Assembly (NCBI GenBank): GCA_043228905.1
Contig: JBHGNT010000003.1
Span: forward strand, 13,144,001-13,208,000
Source of the DNA: Azolla caroliniana
Taxonomy: Eukaryota > Plantae > Polypodiophyta
Direction: 5' to 3'
DNA: 64,000 nt
Position numbers and translations under genes: made by a program. Shown here piece by piece: positions 19,608 to 29,127 of this stretch (positions within the stretch are counted from its first letter, which is position 1; each line of letters starts with the position of its first letter). The notes under the pieces were generated by a model. The model did not search any database. It was not told the DNA's origin and saw only the letters and a program-made list of their open reading frames with translations.

Positions 19608-22586
19608 GTGAAAGCGAGGCGCGAAAAGGTACGTAGTGGGCATTTAAGAGACGCCACGCTACTTAATACTAAATTGGTACACGACGTGTGCATGCTCGAA
19701 AAAGGCGCCAAAACGCACAAAGAAGAAGCAGAACGCATGGAGACCTTTTCATTTCGAGAGCCAAGAAGCACAGAAGCACCAAGACAGTGGAAGCTGAACA
19801 AACGCGAACCTGCACGCAGAGAACCCCCGCGCTCAGAACGTTCTCTCTCTCGCTCTCACTCTCATCACCACTCTACCTCGCCATCTTCCCTCGACCTTGA
19901 AGCAGACATGGAACCACAAACGCTGTCGGAAGCGGCCAGGAAATGGTTCAGGCAAAACGGACTGGAGGGGTTCTTGGCCATCATGGAGGCACCGCCGCAC
20001 AGAGAAGCAGACCGGGTCATCAAGGAGCTCGCCACAGAGGTCATCACCGAGGAAGCGATCCGCGCGCTAACAGGCCTTCCGGAGGGAGGAATCTTTCAGA
20101 TCGATAACCCAACCTCGGAGCAACTCACCCGATATTTCGGTGAGTACTCGGTTGCCGGCAAAGGCTATCGGACGCAGGGCGGCGAAGATCCGCTATTCAG
20201 GGAGATAGCTCGAGTGCTGCATGAGTACGGTCACGTGTACCCCCGACCCCCTGTCATGCCAAAAAATCGGGCAGGGATGATCATAGCCACATATGAAGGG
20301 GTCAAGGTGGACTGGCCGGTGTTGATTGCAGACGGGTTGTGCATGGCAATCGACATGGTACGAGGGAAGGACGGCAAGGAGGGCCGGAAGCTGTGGCACG
20401 CCGTAGCTCAATGGATAACATTGCTCGTGCCGCCGGTCGAGACCGTCCAGCCAAAGAAGCGGCCAAGAGTATCGGAAGGAAGCACCTCGAAGCCGGCGTC
20501 CAAACGACAGCAGCTGCTGGCGTCGAAGGCGACGAAAGGGAAGAAAAGGGCCCCAGAACCGGAGGAGGTGTCACCGGTCCGACCCGTCAAAATAACCTTA
20601 CGGAGACCAGGACAGAAGGAACCGGAACCCTTGACGGCACAGAAACATGCCGTGACACAGGAAGAGGAAACGGAGGAGCCAGAAGAGCACCTCCAACGAC
20701 GGTCAAGAAGTAGGACCGCCGAGGCAGGAGGGGAGCGGTCGTACCCGCGAGAGGCAGAGACGCCCCCAACTCAACCTGAGCAAACCACAAGGGAAGAACC
20801 GGAACCGGTACGTAGGGAACCGGTCTTGTCGACTTCTATAGAAGAAGTCAGTCCAACGGCTCCGGAGACGGCGAGAACCGGAACTCAACAGCCGGCGAGC
20901 CCAGCCAGAGCACACGGCGGCCAAGGAGTAGAACCAGAACGGCATATGCAGGCAATCAGGCCAGACAATTCCACGGTGAATGAGGCAACTCGACCAGTAC
21001 AGCAACAGGGCACCAGTAGCATGTGGCTACGGTGGGTAGGCGAGCAAATCGCCGGAGTGGTCGAGTATATAGAGGCGGAAGAGAGAACGCACCAGGAACG
21101 GTTGCTCGTCACAACCGTAGATCTAGAGACGGCCCGGTCCAGAATCCGGAGCCTTGAAGAAGACTTGGACAGGGTCACAAGGGAAACACAAGTCCAAGCA
21201 CCGGTGACTCCGGGCAATGTACAGAATAAAGTATCAAATCAACCTGTACATAGCAATAAGACCCCGGCAACGGAAACCGTTCCGGAGAGAAATGCGGCAC
21301 AAGCCCAAGAGCTTGCGGATTTAAAGGATGAGCTTGCTGCCCAAGAAGCGCTGAGGAGCCGCGAAAGAGAACTGAAGACGGCAGCGGAGGCAGAACTCAG
21401 AAAGACTGCTGAGAATCTACGCCGGGCCGAGGAGAGCTTACGGAAAGGCCACCAAGCGTACGACCGGCTCAAGGAGGAGAAGGAGAAAATGCTGCAAGAG
21501 AAGGAGAGACTCCGGAGGAACGCCGAAACAGAAGTAGAGCGCCTGAAAGAGGAACTCCGGCAGGTAAAGGACCGGGAGGACCGGAACCATCGCCAGATCA
21601 ACGGCAAGCTCAAACTAAAAACAGAGGAATTTGAGAACTTGCACCGGGAGCATAAACGGTTGCAAACGGAGCACAAGGAACGGATGGATGAGCTCCGGCA
21701 AGCAGTTGATCGGACCGCAACCGCATTCGCCAAGGAACAAGCGGAAAACAGAAGACGGTTGGAAGAGGCGGAGAAGGTTCGGACAGAGCTCCTCAGGCAA
21801 CAGCAGGCGGAAAAAGAAAGAGCGGCGGAGGTACTGCAGAGGCTGCAAACGACATATCAAGGGCAGCTGACGCGCTACCGAGAGCAGGCGGAGGATACGT
21901 CAAATCTCATCAAGCAGCTGAAGGAGGAGCGACAAGTGGTGGAAAGCAGAGCACAAATGGGAGCAAGTCGCATCCAAGATATCATGCGGGCCTGGTTGAA
22001 CCAGACCAAGAGCTTGATCGACAACGGCTCCGTCAAATGGTGGACCAAGTGGGCCACGGACGCGGCGGAACTCCAATTGCTCCGGGCTGACGTAGAGAAC
22101 CGGCGAAAGGAGGGAGATGATTGCTATATGCTGACTTCCGAGGACTTCACCGGCATAAGAGATGAGCTTGCCGAAGACTTTCAAGCCTTGGCAGAGGACC
22201 AACTAGAGCAAGTCCGGCAACTTGTAGCTCAGCTGGACGACGACAGGCTGGAGGCGCAGATCCAGTTTGAAAGCTACGAGAGGTCCCGGATCCGGGGAGA
22301 GAAAGAACGAGAACCAGTTACGGTCAACCTCAGTGATGAGGAACCGTTACTGGAAGGAGACCGGACCGGAAGCAGTCAAACGGAGATGCAGGAGCCAGAG
22401 AGACAAACTGAGCAGCCGGAGTCAGCGAAACAAATGGAGCAGCAGCAGCAAGCAGAGCAGCCGGAGCAACCTCAGTCACAACCGCAATCACAGCAGCAGC
22501 AGCAAGCACAGCCGCAACAACCACAACCGAAAGAACAAGCGGAAATTCTTGAACCAAGTATTTTGGACAATTCGGGTGAACAATGA
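19608..22586 (+). CDS. Extra sense ORF of F: globular N-terminal domain, basic NLS-like linker, long coiled coil, Q-rich tail; likely start ATG 19908 (892 aa)
   Basis: 992 open codons; a decayed homolog lies at the same position in element I; E/K/R/L heptad-like region at ~21080-22280; no signal peptide or transmembrane stretch visible. Confidence 0.85.
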   Translation: MKARREKVRSGHLRDATLLNTKLVHDVCMLEKGAKTHKEEAERMETFSFREPRSTEAPRQWKLNKREPARREPPRSERSLSRSHSHHHSTSPSSLDLEADMEPQTLSEAARKWFRQNGLEGFLAIMEAPPHREADRVIKELATEVITEEAIRALTGLPEGGIFQIDNPTSEQLTRYFGEYSVAGKGYRTQGGEDPLFREIARVLHEYGHVYPRPPVMPKNRAGMIIATYEGVKVDWPVLIADGLCMAIDMVRGKDGKEGRKLWHAVAQWITLLVPPVETVQPKKRPRVSEGSTSKPASKRQQLLASKATKGKKRAPEPEEVSPVRPVKITLRRPGQKEPEPLTAQKHAVTQEEETEEPEEHLQRRSRSRTAEAGGERSYPREAETPPTQPEQTTREEPEPVRREPVLSTSIEEVSPTAPETARTGTQQPASPARAHGGQGVEPERHMQAIRPDNSTVNEATRPVQQQGTSSMWLRWVGEQIAGVVEYIEAEERTHQERLLVTTVDLETARSRIRSLEEDLDRVTRETQVQAPVTPGNVQNKVSNQPVHSNKTPATETVPERNAAQAQELADLKDELAAQEALRSRERELKTAAEAELRKTAENLRRAEESLRKGHQAYDRLKEEKEKMLQEKERLRRNAETEVERLKEELRQVKDREDRNHRQINGKLKLKTEEFENLHREHKRLQTEHKERMDELRQAVDRTATAFAKEQAENRRRLEEAEKVRTELLRQQQAEKERAAEVLQRLQTTYQGQLTRYREQAEDTSNLIKQLKEERQVVESRAQMGASRIQDIMRAWLNQTKSLIDNGSVKWWTKWATDAAELQLLRADVENRRKEGDDCYMLTSEDFTGIRDELAEDFQALAEDQLEQVRQLVAQLDDDRLEAQIQFESYERSRIRGEKEREPVTVNLSDEEPLLEGDRTGSSQTEMQEPERQTEQPESAKQMEQQQQAEQPEQPQSQPQSQQQQQAQPQQPQPKEQAEILEPSILDNSGEQ

Positions 22587-22638
22587 AGGGGCCGAGAAGG
22601 GTTCGACGTACAAGGTACTGTCCCACGGGCGTGCCATG

Positions 22639-23049
22639 TGTTACCGGCCGGCAAGGAGTCCAAAATACGGAATTAATTATATATGGTTGTAAATGAGGAT
22701 AGTGTGGACGGACGGACTGGAAACGGTATGCCGTTCCAGATCCGGACGGATCCCGAATAGGTGCGAGGGGCACCGTTTTGTACTACGGGCCGGAAACCTA
22801 TTTAAAGGCCCGGACCCTATTGTAATGACAGCGGATAATTAATAGAGCTTATGATGTTTGTACTTCTGTCTTGATTTCCGTTCTGTAATCACTGTTATAT
22901 CTTACGCGTGTAATTAACCAAGCAATCTAATCGTGTAACCTACGTAAGTCGGTGTAATCGTTGAATCTTAATCCTATGCCGTAATCACCCTTTGGTGAAG
23001 TGTCTCCGTGACACCTTGTGTTAAGCCTTGTCCGGCTAAGCGAATAACA
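22639..23049 (+). repeat. 3' LTR of F
   Basis: Direct repeat of 13192-13602. Confidence 0.96.
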
Positions 23050-23245
23050 TCCTCATCAGGTTCTCACCGGGTCTGCACCATCCGGCTCTCCGTAGCCGGG
23101 TACTCCTCATCCGGTTCTCACCGGGTCTTCACCATCCGGCTCTCCGTAGCCAGGTACTCGTCATCCGCACTGTTCTTCTCCCTTCCCATCCGGAGGGACC
23201 TGTCTCCCAACAAACTCCCCCTTCACTCCGGCATGGGGTGTCTTA

Positions 23246-23946
23246 TGTTGGGAGATAGGTCCCTCCGGATGGTGCAGACCTGGTGAGAACCGGATGAGGA
23301 GTACCCGGCTACGGAGAGCCAGATGGTGAAGACCCGATGAGAACCGGATGAGGAGTACCCGGCTACGGAGAACCGGATGGTGCAGGCCCGGTGAGAACTG
23401 GATGAGGAGTACCCGGCTACGGAGAGCCGGATGAGGAGTACCCAGCTACGGAGAGCCGGATGGTGAAGACCCGGTGAGGAGTGCTCACCGGATGAAGAGA
23501 CATATTCGTAAATATGTTTCTGAGAGTCCAACGAGGCTATATTTGTAAATAGTGGAAAAGTCATATTAGTATAAATATTACTTAGGGCAAACTTTTGTTG
23601 GTTGTTGTCATTCTTGTTGGCGTAAGAAGAGAGTGTGTGTAACTGTGTACAAAGAGTGAGAGAGAGAGAAAGAGGTCGTTGCCTCTGTTGTAACCGCCAC
23701 CTGTGGCGAAGATCGTGAGCACGAGGTCGTTGCCTCCGTGAACTCACTATTGTACATTCTAACATAATGATAGTTTGCAGCTTGTGGGCTGCCGTGGTTT
23801 TTCCCTTAGTTTGGGTTTTCCACGTAAACATCCTGTGTACTTTTCTCTCCTTTGTGTTGTGTCTTCACCTTTCCCGCTTTCTATGTATGATTCTAAGGTC
23901 GGTTGTGTCTGAGCGTTGCGCATAACGAGCGTTTTGTTTCCCGTCA
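23246..23946 (+). mobile_element. Copia solo LTR (E-related family) inserted antisense in the last codons of E pol
   Basis: TGTTGGG...CCCGTCA; TSD TCTTA at 23241-23245 and 23947-23951; carries the same 54-bp subrepeat as the E LTRs. Confidence 0.92.
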
Positions 23947-26082
23947 TCTTACTAGTCCGATCCGCTTCCTGCATGCATCCAGCTTGTCGAGTATCAGCAC
24001 TTTGGTCACCATATCTGACCCGTTCTCTGCCGTGTGGATCTTCGTCAGCGCGAACTCCTGGTCATCTACTCTTTCCCGGATCCAGTGATACCTTCACTGG
24101 ATATGCTTCGTCCGGGAATGGTAGGCCGTATTCTTAGCCAGGTGGATGGCACTTTGACTGTCGCAATAGAGAAGATATTCATCTTGCCGGATACCGAGCT
24201 CTCCGATGAAGTCCTTCGTCCATAATATTTCCTTGCCGGCTTCCACAGCCGCCATGTACTCCGCCTCTGTGGTTGACAAAGCAACCGTTTTCTGCAGCCT
24301 CGACTCCCCCTGCATATGTCATTACATACCCGGTTGGTATCCACATCAGCCGACATGTCCGAATCGGTGAAACCGTCAAGTTGAGGTTTTCCGGAGCCGA
24401 ATCAGAGACACATATTTGAAGTGCCCTTTAAGTACCGGAGTATCCATTTGATTGCGTTCCAGTGCTCCTTGCCGGAATTGCGCATAAACCGGCTCACCAC
24501 TCTGACTGCGTAGCCTATATCCGGTCGAGTACACACCATTGCGTACATAAAGCTCCCGACGGCAGAGGCATATGGAACCTTCATCATATCCGCCTTCTCT
24601 GCTTTCGTCTTCGGGCTTTGCTTACCGGAAGTGTTGATCCGACCGGTTTCGCATCTGACATGTTGAACCGGTGAAGCACCTTTGTCACATACTTCTCCTG
24701 TGATAGCCACATTTGCTTCATTGGCCGGTTCCGGATGATATGCATCCCCAACATCTCTCTTGCTGGACCCAAGTCTTTCATTGAGAAGGTCCAGTTCAGA
24801 GCCTTCTTCAGCATCCGTATTTTTGCTTGGTCCCGTCCGACGATCAACATGTCGTCCACGTATAGAAGGAGTATCAGGAAGTCGCCTCCTTCGAACTTCT
24901 TCACAAACACGCAGTGATCGGCTTGCGTCTTGTGGTACCCTTGATCGGTCATGAAGGAGTCGAACTTCCGGTACCATTGCCGGGGGGCCTGCTTCAACCC
25001 GTAGAGGCTCTTCTTCAACCGGCATACCAGGTGCTCCTTCCCTTTCTCCACGAATCCTTCCGGTTGCTGCATGTAGATCTCCTCTTCGAGGTCGCCGTGA
25101 AGGAATGTCGTCTTCACGTCCAACTGCTCTACCTCGAGGTCCATACTTGCCGCTATACTCAGCACCGTCCGGATGGAGGTCATCCTTACTATCGGGGCAA
25201 ATATCTCGTCGAAGTCCACACCCTTCTTCTGCTGGAACCCCTTCACCACGATCCTGGCTTTGTATCTCGGGGGGTTGCCGGCATCTCCCGGTTTCAACTT
25301 GTACACCCACTTGTTTCGGAGTGCCCGCTTTCCTTTCGGCAACTCCACCAATTCGTACGTATGGTTCTCATGCAGGGAATCCATCTCGTCCTGCATGGCA
25401 CTTAACCATTTTCGGTTGTGGGTGTCATCCTTCGCTTCTTCGAAGCTTTCCGGCTCCCCCTCATTGGTCAGCAGAACATGCTCTGCATCCGGAAATCTCC
25501 GGGGGGCCCTTCTCTCTCTGAGAGGATATCTCCGTCTCTAGGCTTCGGCAACCGGCTCCTCCATTTGCTCTTCATCCGAATCCGATTCGGGGTCTTGGCC
25601 GGTTCCGGTTTCAGCTTCCTCTACTTCTTCTTCCTCCAGTGCTAACCGGTCTCTTGCCGGTTGGGTCTACTCATCGTAGATTCGATCCTTACCAGTCGAC
25701 TCGGAGTTCATTATCTTCTTCTTAGACTCCCAGTCGGCGAGCGTCTTGTCCTCCATGAAGATAATATCTCGACTCCGGAATACCTTCTTGTCGACCAGGT
25801 CCCACACTTGGTAGCCGAACTGATCGTCGCCGTAACCGAGGAATATGCATGGCCGGGTCTTTGGATCTAACTTTCCTCTCCGGTCCTTAGCTACATGCAC
25901 GTATGCGAGATACCCGAACACCTTCAGATGCCGGTAGGATACTTCCTTACCGGTCTATACTCTTTGTGGCGTGTCTCCGTCCAAGGGTACTGAGGGTGAT
26001 CTGTTTATCACATATGTCGCCATCGACAGTGCCTCAGCCCAAAACTTCTTGGCTAGTTTTGCATGCGCTAGCATACTCCGGA

Positions 26083-27888
26083 TGTTACGGGCATGACCAT
26101 ATAATATCCCGTGGTAAGAATTTACCGTAGTATTCTATACACGTGGATAAGTGTGAGGGTTAAATGAGAGTGTAAAGAAGGGGAGGATTACTTTTAATCC
26201 TCGGGATTGAGACAACCCATTAGGTCAAGTGTGAACTTGCCTGGGGGCCTTGGGTATCGCTATAAATAAGAGGCCTAGCTACCCTCATTTGATCATCTTT
26301 TTGACTACATCGAGACTCTGCTCGTGTGGTGGGTCAACTCTTGTAGCGAGCGCGCCAGCACCAGGTACGACTCGACGCCACGGCGGTGGTATGGGACGCC
26401 GATCGAGGCTCGAGTCCGTCTCGATCCCTTCGCTCGGGGGTGGTCGGGTGGATCGGCACCCTTCTTTCTCTTTCTCCTTTCTATCTTTCATTTCTTTATC
26501 CTTATCTTAAGCTTACATTAGTACTATGATCTATAATATTTGGTATCAGATTTTTGTACTAATGTTTCTTTGTTTTTCATTTGTCTTTTCATTGATGCTG
26601 ATCGATCGCTGTGCGGTTGGCCTTGATCCAGACAACGATCAACAAAGAACTTTGGTAACTCTTTCCATATTTTTTCTTTCTATTCTCTCTTCTCCCATCT
26701 AATCATGTGTTTAGTTTATATGTAATTTTTTTCATTAAGTCAATGATGTTGTAGTGGTCTTTAATTAATTATCTAAAACGTTTACATATGTGCACGAGGT
26801 CAATACCTCGTTTGACATATTAATAATATGTGATGAGTGTCGTATGCGTACGAGGTTAATACCTCAATTACGTATTACGTTCACGAACATATGTTACGTT
26901 TGCGTATGAGTTTAATACCTTGATTTGTTGTAAACGATATGCGTTTGGTCTCGTATGCGTAAGAGGTCAATACCTCCATTGCGTATGTTACGGGCATGAC
27001 CATATAATATCCCGTGGTAAGAATTTACCGTAGTATTCTATACACGTGGATAAGTGTGAGGGTTAAATGAGAGTGTAAAGAAGGGGAGGATTACTTTTAA
27101 TCCTCGGGATTGAGACAACCCATTAGGTCAAGTGTGAACTTGCCTGGGGGCCTTGGGTATCGCTATAAATAAGAGGCCTAGCTACCCTCATTTGATCATC
27201 TTTTTGACTACATCGAGACTCTGCTCGTGTGGTGGGTCAACTCTTGTAGCGAGCGCGCCAGCACCAGGTACGACTCGACGCCACGGCGGTGGTATGGGAC
27301 GCCGATCGAGGCTCGAGTCCGTCTCGATCCCTTCGCTCGGGGGTGGTCGGGTGGATCGGCACCCTTCTTTCTCTTTCTCCTTTCTATCTTTCATTTCTTT
27401 ATCCTTATCTTAAGCTTACATTAGTACTATGATCTATAATATTTGGTATCAGATTTTTGTACTAATGTTTCTTTGTTTTTCATTTGTCTTTTGATTGATG
27501 CTGATCGATCGTTGTGTGGTTGGCCTTGATCCAGACAACGATCAACAAAGAACTTCGGTAACTCTTTCCATATTTTTTCTTTCTATTCTCTCTTCCCCCA
27601 TCTAATCATGTGTTTAGTTTATATGTAATTTTTTTCATTAAGTCAATGATGTTGTAGTGGTCTTTAATTGATTATCTAAAACGTTTACATATGTGCACGA
27701 GGTCAATACCTCGTTTGACATATTAATAATATGTGATGAGTGTCGTATGCGTACGAGGTTAATACCTCAATTACGTATTACGTTCACGAACATATGTTAC
27801 GTTTGCGTATGAGTTTAATACCTTGATTTGTTGTAAACGATATGCGTTTGGTCTCGTATGCGTAAGAGGTCAATACCTCCATTGTGTA
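26083..27888 (+). repeat. 903-bp tandem duplication of LTR, PBS and leader in G
   Basis: Sequence from 26083 recurs at 26986; the junction has GTAT/TTACG microhomology. Confidence 0.93.
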
Positions 27889-28864
27889 TTACGATGATCT
27901 CTTATTTGTGGATGTTTCGTGTGCGTAGAGGTATATACCTCGATTACGTATCTCGATCACATAATTTGTGGCTATTTAATATAACGATATGTTTAATATA
28001 GGCATATGTGGTCACATATATACGTATTTGATCGTATATATGTGATAAGTAAACATATGTGTATATTCGTTATTACGTGATTATATCGAAAGTTGTCATG
28101 GTCGGGAAAAGGATGTTGGTGGCTGTCCTCACATTTCTGTGAGAATGGCGTTGTCACCATCCCATTTTCAACAATTTTTTATTGTTGACAACCCCGTTGA
28201 TGACCTCGATTTCGTTACGTAAAGAAACGCAATAGCCATAATGATGTTGAGTACGTAGGGCTTGACCCACTTCAAGTGAGGTCGCTCCAATGACGCACGT
28301 ATCCAACATCCCTCCCTCGTTACATGGATACGATGCCACCATGAGCTCGTTCTTACGAGAGGCATTCGTAATGACGTGACCATGTGATGGCCCACATGAG
28401 CCTACTACGAAACGAGGGCTCATTTGGCTTGACCATTAGGTTGCACTTTGGCGTATGCCATCGTAATTACGAGACTTGAGGTTAGGTAACGTACCAACAT
28501 AGTTTTGGTAAATGAGGGCCAAAAAAGGACCTTGACATATATGTTCTTTTAAAAAAACATATATGATCAATTGCCTCGCATATCTCTTATACGCATCAAA
28601 CATTAAGCATTCGAGAAGAGCAACTTACTTGGTTGGCTCAAGTGTTTAATGTATTTGTTCTCGAGGTCTCGAGTTCAAATATGACCAAGACCATACAACA
28701 TCCTTGATACATATGACTATAACACATGTTTAGACTTAAGGTCTAAGTGCACCTCGGGGTCCTCGTAATAGGACTTAAAGAGCCGAAACCACATATGTGG
28801 GCACCGAAACATAGTTTATTATTAACATTTTTTTCGTGTATAAACTATTCATGACGCGAACATA

Positions 28865-29024
28865 CATGGTTGAGCCTCGGGGAGCCACCATGAAAAAATC
28901 GATATAGAGATCAGGGAAAGACATCTATTTGTCACCCCCATGGTTTTTAAAACACCTTTGTGTTACCATAGTAACCTGATCTTGAACCTCATCTCATACG
29001 TCTAGAGGGGTATTGACGTGAGAT
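28865..29024 (+). other. Conserved structured RNA element in the 5' leader of G
   Basis: Homologous to the reverse complement of 46637-46799, with compensatory base changes in two stems. Confidence 0.7.
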
Positions 29025-29127
29025 AATGATATCGATTAATGCTCGCCCATGATATGTTTACATCACGACATGATGTTATGACTATATCTCTGACCTTATC
29101 CTATTTCTTTTCCAGAAATAATCTTTA

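Larger units (their letters stand above)
13192..23049 (+). mobile_element. Element F: intact, very young Ty3/gypsy (Athila-like; no chromodomain, no second RNase H) with an extra 3' ORF
   Basis: 411-bp LTRs (TGTTA...TAACA) with no difference seen by eye; TSD TCCTC at 13187-13191 and 23050-23054; two uninterrupted long ORFs. Confidence 0.96.
12668..23212 (-). repeat. 3' LTR of E (12668-13191 plus 23050-23212), interrupted by F inside its 54-bp subrepeat array
   Basis: Matches 36680-37380 once F and one TCCTC copy are removed. Confidence 0.9.

Noticed and set aside
19608-22586. Retroviral envelope gene
   Set aside because: The position is env-like, but no signal peptide, transmembrane helix or fusion-peptide pattern is visible.
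26250-26521. Short ORFs repeated three times
   Set aside because: They lie within the G LTRs and recur only because the LTR does.
28865-29024. Hammerhead or twister ribozyme
   Set aside because: A GAAA junction and a GAGGGG loop are present, but the hammerhead CUGANGA core and the twister consensus could not be fitted by eye; left as an unclassified structure.
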